The notes beneath the pieces were generated by a model that did no database searches, had not been told where the DNA came from, and saw nothing but the letters and a program-made list of their open reading frames with translations. This document shows positions 58,435-64,000 of a stretch of 64,000 nt of DNA, piece by piece. Origin of the DNA: the human T2T-CHM13v2.0 reference genome, Homo sapiens; assembly GCF_009914755.1 (NCBI RefSeq), contig NC_060927.1. One strand, written 5' to 3'. Position 1 is the first letter of the stretch, and each line of letters begins with the position of its first letter. Made by a program: the position numbers and the translations under genes.

Positions 58435-60001
58435 TTATTTTCCATATGGGGACTTCTTTTCTAGGTCCAAAGGAATAATTTGCTGTCTACTTTTCATGTG
58501 TCTGTCTTTTCTTCCCTCCATAACTGGGTCAAGCAGTGTTATTTATGAAAAAGGTGTATAAGCTTTTGTAGGTTGACTGCTTCCAGATGACATTTTCAGT
58601 AACAGGGTCATGAATTACCTCCCTTTCCCTTGTCTCCCCTTTGCAAATGTTACCCTTTGTTGTAGGCAAAGGTTATGCTTTGCAAAGGTTACCCTTTGTT
58701 ATAGTCAAAGGTTACCCTTTGTTATAGTCAAAGGCTATGCTTGGCCAGAAGCTACAGTTTAGAAAAATGTAAGCGAGTTAGATGTTGATGACTTTGAGCC
58801 AGAATAGTCACAACCTATTTAGAGACCGTTTTATCCAAGGTTAGAAAGTATGAACTCAGAACAAGTTCTTGTAGCTGAAAGCAGCATTGTCACTTAGAGA
58901 AATGGTCTAGAGGAGACATACTGTGAGCTGAGAAAAGAAAGAACCTCAGTTAATGGAGTCCACAGATTTATTTAAACAGCAAAGAGGTTTGGGAACCCCA
59001 GGATGAGGAGCATCAATCCAGAGAGCAAGAAGAAACATCCCTGGAGGGCCAGGCTGTGGTATTTATGGCCTGAGTGCATTATTGGTAACTACATTGCAGA
59101 TGATGGATGATGGGTAATGCATCCATGGACTGTTTCTAGATATCTGGCAAAAAGGAAACTTGTCCTTAGATCTGTTCATAAGATTGAGAGGTTACCAGGC
59201 CAAGAAGAAGATAAAGGAGACTGAGTACTCACATGAAACAGTCTCACCCACCTGTATATTAAGCTCAGACCAACTGGATTATGTTAATCTCCTTTATTTG
59301 TAATTACCAGCCTGCATGGAACTCCTTGTGTCTGGGGCATATTGGGCCATCCAGACATAGTAGGGAGCTGAAAATATTTAGCATGATGTCAATTGAGGGT
59401 TACTCTAAGAATTAATGTTGAAGAGGTGAACAGCATTTAAATTACTAAGAAGCTGGTATGCCATGCTAATGAGATTGACTTTATTCTTGCCAGGGGAAGC
59501 TGATCAGGAGTTTAAAGCAGGGCTATACGTATAGTTGATCTGCTTTCTAGCAAGGTCATTGACGGCATGGGAAGAATTAAGGGTTGGTAAAACAGGAGCC
59601 AGGCAAAATAGATAGACCAGCAGTTCCGAGTTCCCACCAGCAGTTCCAAAATGGGAGTCTGTGGACTAGGGAAAGTCCATGATAAAATTTCCACTAATTT
59701 GAAGTTAGAAAATGAAGGAAATGTGGTAGAAATCTATGTATATATGAGGTGTATATGTATACATAAGATGACCCACAGTTCTTGGAAACTTACACATTGT
59801 CATTCTTTCTCTTTTTGGCATAAAAATTATCTTTTATGAAGTAATCGTAAGCCTTGTATGCTTTTGTTATAGTTATGCATTGGTTTTTGATGCCCTTTAT
59901 TGGAAAATAAGATGATGGCCATGCCATATTTCTGTTCCTTCTGTCCACCATTCATGTTTTAAAAACTGTTTTGTGAAATAAAAAAGATAGCTAACCAGTC
60001 T

Positions 60002-60580
60002 TGTATTAGGGTTCTCTAGAGGGACAGAACTAATAGGATATATGTATACACAAAAGGGAGTTTATTAGGGAGAATTGGCTCACACAATCACAAAGCAAAG
60101 TCTCATAGTAGGCAGTCTGCCAGCTGGGGAAGAAAGAAGCCAGTAGTGGCTTAGTCTGAGTCTGAAAACCTCAAAAGCAGGGAAATCGACAGTGCAGCCT
60201 TCATTCTGTGGCCAAAGGCCCAAGAGCCCCCAGCAAACCACTGGTGTAAGTCCAAGAGTCTAAAGGCCAAAGAACCTAGAGTCTGATGTTCAAGGGCAGG
60301 AGGAACAGAGGGAAGCATCCAGCACAGGAGAAAGATGAAAGCCAGAAGACTCAGCAAGCAAAGATCCCACCTTCTGCCACCTGGTTTGTTTTAGCTGTGC
60401 TGGCAGCCAGTTGGATGGTGCTCACCCACATTGAGGGTGGGTCTTCCTGTCCCAGTCTACTGACTCAAATGTCAGACTCCACTGGCAACACCCTCACAGA
60501 CACACCCAGAAACAATACTTTACCAGCTGTGTAGGCATCCTTCAATCCAATCAAGTTGACACCTAATATTAACTATCACA
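60002..60580 (-). mobile_element. Solo MLT2 (ERVL) LTR
   Basis: tgtattagggttctctagagggacagaac ... aactatcaCA, 5-bp TSD AGTCT (59997-60001, 60581-60585). Confidence 0.9.
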
Positions 60581-61186
60581 AGTCTGCTAAGTTTTTCTGG
60601 ATCATCTTTGGAAAATTGAGTGGGGGTTAAAACCAGGACTTTCCATACTGCCTCTGGTTAAGGATTAGTCTCCCACTCCCCCTACCGATCTTTCAGAGAC
60701 AAATAAATGCTTCTGTTGCACATTACTAACACATAGCTCATGCCTCATGTAACTCATTGAATGGATCCCAAACTGGTATAAACCTTGTGTGAAATGAGAT
60801 CACTGATCATATGCTTGGATGTCCTGGCAATGTAAAATGCTATATAAATTTTTAAACATTTATCCTCAATTTCTGTACTTACAGACCAGTGAGAAAGAGT
60901 CCACAGATGGACACTAGCCCACAAACCACCCTTTGAATTGTAGGGCATTAGACTGTCTTATGGGTCAAATCAGGAGTCTGTCAGGTTAGTGGGTTGAACA
61001 GTTGAAAAGAATTTGTTGGCCCTACAGTCAGAGTACGTTGGGGCAAAAGGCACTGCTTTTCCTGGGATCTTGGGAGCTAAAGAGAACTCCATTAAGCCCT
61101 GGAGAGATAAGTAGTGTGATTGGACAAGAACTTGGGAGTGTAAAATTCTCAGAGGGATGACTGGAGCCATCAAGAACCCTTCTTAA

Positions 61187-61502
<316 letters not shown>

Positions 61503-62779
61503 TAAATAAGGGTTTTTATTGTGTAATTGTGTTTTATGTCAACTGTAATTTGTATTTCCCAGGTTGTTGCACTACAGTAAAGATAGGCTCTTAAATGAAT
61601 TCGGAACATGTTGTGTAGGGGCTGCTGTGAAAAAAGTCTACAGAGTGAATTAAGGCAAAGTTGGCTAGGAGTCAAGCTTAGAAATCTCCAGTTTGGTACC
61701 CCCGCTCCCCGCCGGAGTGTCCAATTTGGTTTCATGGCCAAATCTCGATGTCCAGTTGTGATAGCATCAGTAGCTCTGCCTGCTGCTGGCAACCTTGAGT
61801 ATCCTTAATGGGGTGCAGTGCACAATAGGCAAATGGTGGTGGGAAGCAGGTTGTAGAGAATGTTCAGAGTAAATTGCTGGCATGGCCTGCCATTTGCTAC
61901 TGAGACCCAGATGTTTTGACGCCTCCCTTATGTGAGCAGTGGGCCTGTTATAAGGAACAGGGCTGTCCAGAAAGTCCTCTTCTCAATAATAGAAATAACA
62001 CGTAGTTACACTACCATTTATTACATTCTTACCATGAACCAGGTCCTGTGATATAGACTTTATATGCTTTGTCTCAGTCCTACAGTAAGTGTGAGGTAAG
62101 GGGTTATTACTGTCAGCATTTTACAGATGCATACTGGGTATGAGTGGTCAGAATTCAAACCCAGAGAGCGATGCCAGGATCCATATGCTATTGTGATTGC
62201 ACCACCTTTCTCACTCAGGTACCCCTATTGGTGCTTTGTAACCTAAGCTAGAATCTTTGAGGTCAGGGATCCCAAGCTTCTCTTTCCTACTTCTGTCCCT
62301 GCAGTGCTGAAAGATATCCTAAGATCCTGCTCCCACACATATACGGGCTGTAGCCAGCTACAGTCTTTGTTTATCTTCCCATGCTCAGGATTGGAAGTGG
62401 CTGAAGATCTTGCTCCTGAGCCTCTCTGGTGAGAGATCAGAAACTGAAAGGAAAAATGGGAGTGAGAGAGAGAGGGCTTGGGGAGAACAACTGCAGCCTT
62501 GATCACAGCTTGGGGTGGGGAAGAGGGTTAGCGTCCAGCCATGTTTGTTGGGAATGGATGGTACATAAATGAATCTGTGTGTGAGGATCACATTGTATAT
62601 GTAGCAGAGTCAACTGTTGAGATACGCAGGTGTGCGAAGTAGGTGGTAACCACTTGGACTTGCTGAAACTTGAATTAATTTTAAGCAATACACTTGGATC
62701 TCAGTTTCATTTGATTATGACACTTGTATTTTGTAGTCTGAGACTACGTAATTCATAGTGTGTTCATGTATTATGAATC

Positions 62780-63071
62780 TTTTTTTTTTTTTGAGACGGA
62801 GTCTTGCTCTGTTGCCCAGGCTGGAGTGCAGTGGCCTGATCAGCTCACTGCAAACTCCGCCTCCCAGGTTAACGCCATTCTCCTGCCTCAGCCTCCCGAG
62901 TAGCTGGGACTACAGGCGCCCGCCACCACGCCTGGCTAATTTTTTATATTTTTAGTAGAGATGGGGTTTCACCATGTTAGCCAGGATGGTCTCGATCTCC
63001 TGACCTCGTGATCCGCCCGCCTCGGCCTCCCAAAGTGCTGGGATTACAGGCGTGAGCCACCGCGCCTGGCC
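62780..63071 (-). mobile_element. AluY
   Basis: CpG-rich, TSD tcatgtattatgaatct. Confidence 0.95.
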
Positions 63072-63352
63072 CTCATGTATTATGAATCTGATAGGACAAT
63101 GAAAAATTTATCACAGTGTTGTACCAATAAATTATAACTACTTTAAGCAAAATTTAAAGAAAAATAGACCTCCATACCTCCAATTCTGATACTCCAGTAG
63201 GTCCCCATTTTTATTTCTCTATGTCCATTGCTAACCCTTGTTCATATGTATACATAATTGAATCATAACAGATAAACTGTTACGTGTTGTTTTCTTTTCA
63301 TTACTATTATCTTAAGCATCCTCCCTTTCCCCCAATTCTGTATACCCTATAA

Positions 63353-63756
<404 letters not shown>

Positions 63757-64000
63757 AAGACTGTGTCTGAATTACATTCCCCGCCCCGATATCCATCCAG
63801 TTGGTGTTAGTTCATTTTTATTAAAATGCATTGATGGGCATTAGGACGTGTCTGTCTGTGAGCTGTTGTAAATAGTGTTGTTGTCAACAATGTCATGAAT
63901 ATGGTGTTTTTTCCCTTTCTTTGGAATGATTTGCTTGAAATAAATTCCCAGGAATGAGATTAACCAAATCCAAAAATATAATTATTTTATGTTTTAAAAA

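Overview
Human (hominoid) genomic DNA, repeat-dense, with no prokaryotic features. Two + strand KRAB genes were reconstructed exon by exon. ZNF662 has a CpG-island first coding exon, KRAB-A, KRAB-B, a second degenerate KRAB-B-like cassette exon and a last exon with 8 C2H2 fingers. KRBOX1 is a 128-aa KRAB-only protein. A processed HNRNPA1 pseudogene with 15-bp TSDs lies near the start. The rest is nested mobile DNA: old L1s, a piggyBac MITE, ERV1/ERVL/MaLR LTRs, two deleted proviruses, an env remnant, an SVA, a young 5'-truncated L1PA and over 20 Alus. Most interesting: (1) a fossil zinc-finger exon downstream of KRBOX1, with all four Zn ligands of a ZNF662-like first finger lost by single-base changes; (2) a near-perfect 128-bp hairpin at 14301-14428; (3) ERV-derived alternative poly(A) signals that would switch an inverted Alu pair in or out of the ZNF662 3'UTR; (4) a ~680-bp AT array occupying an Alu tail position near the cassette exon. 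Gene and repeat names come from recalled sequences, not database searches, and repeat edges without TSDs are approximate.
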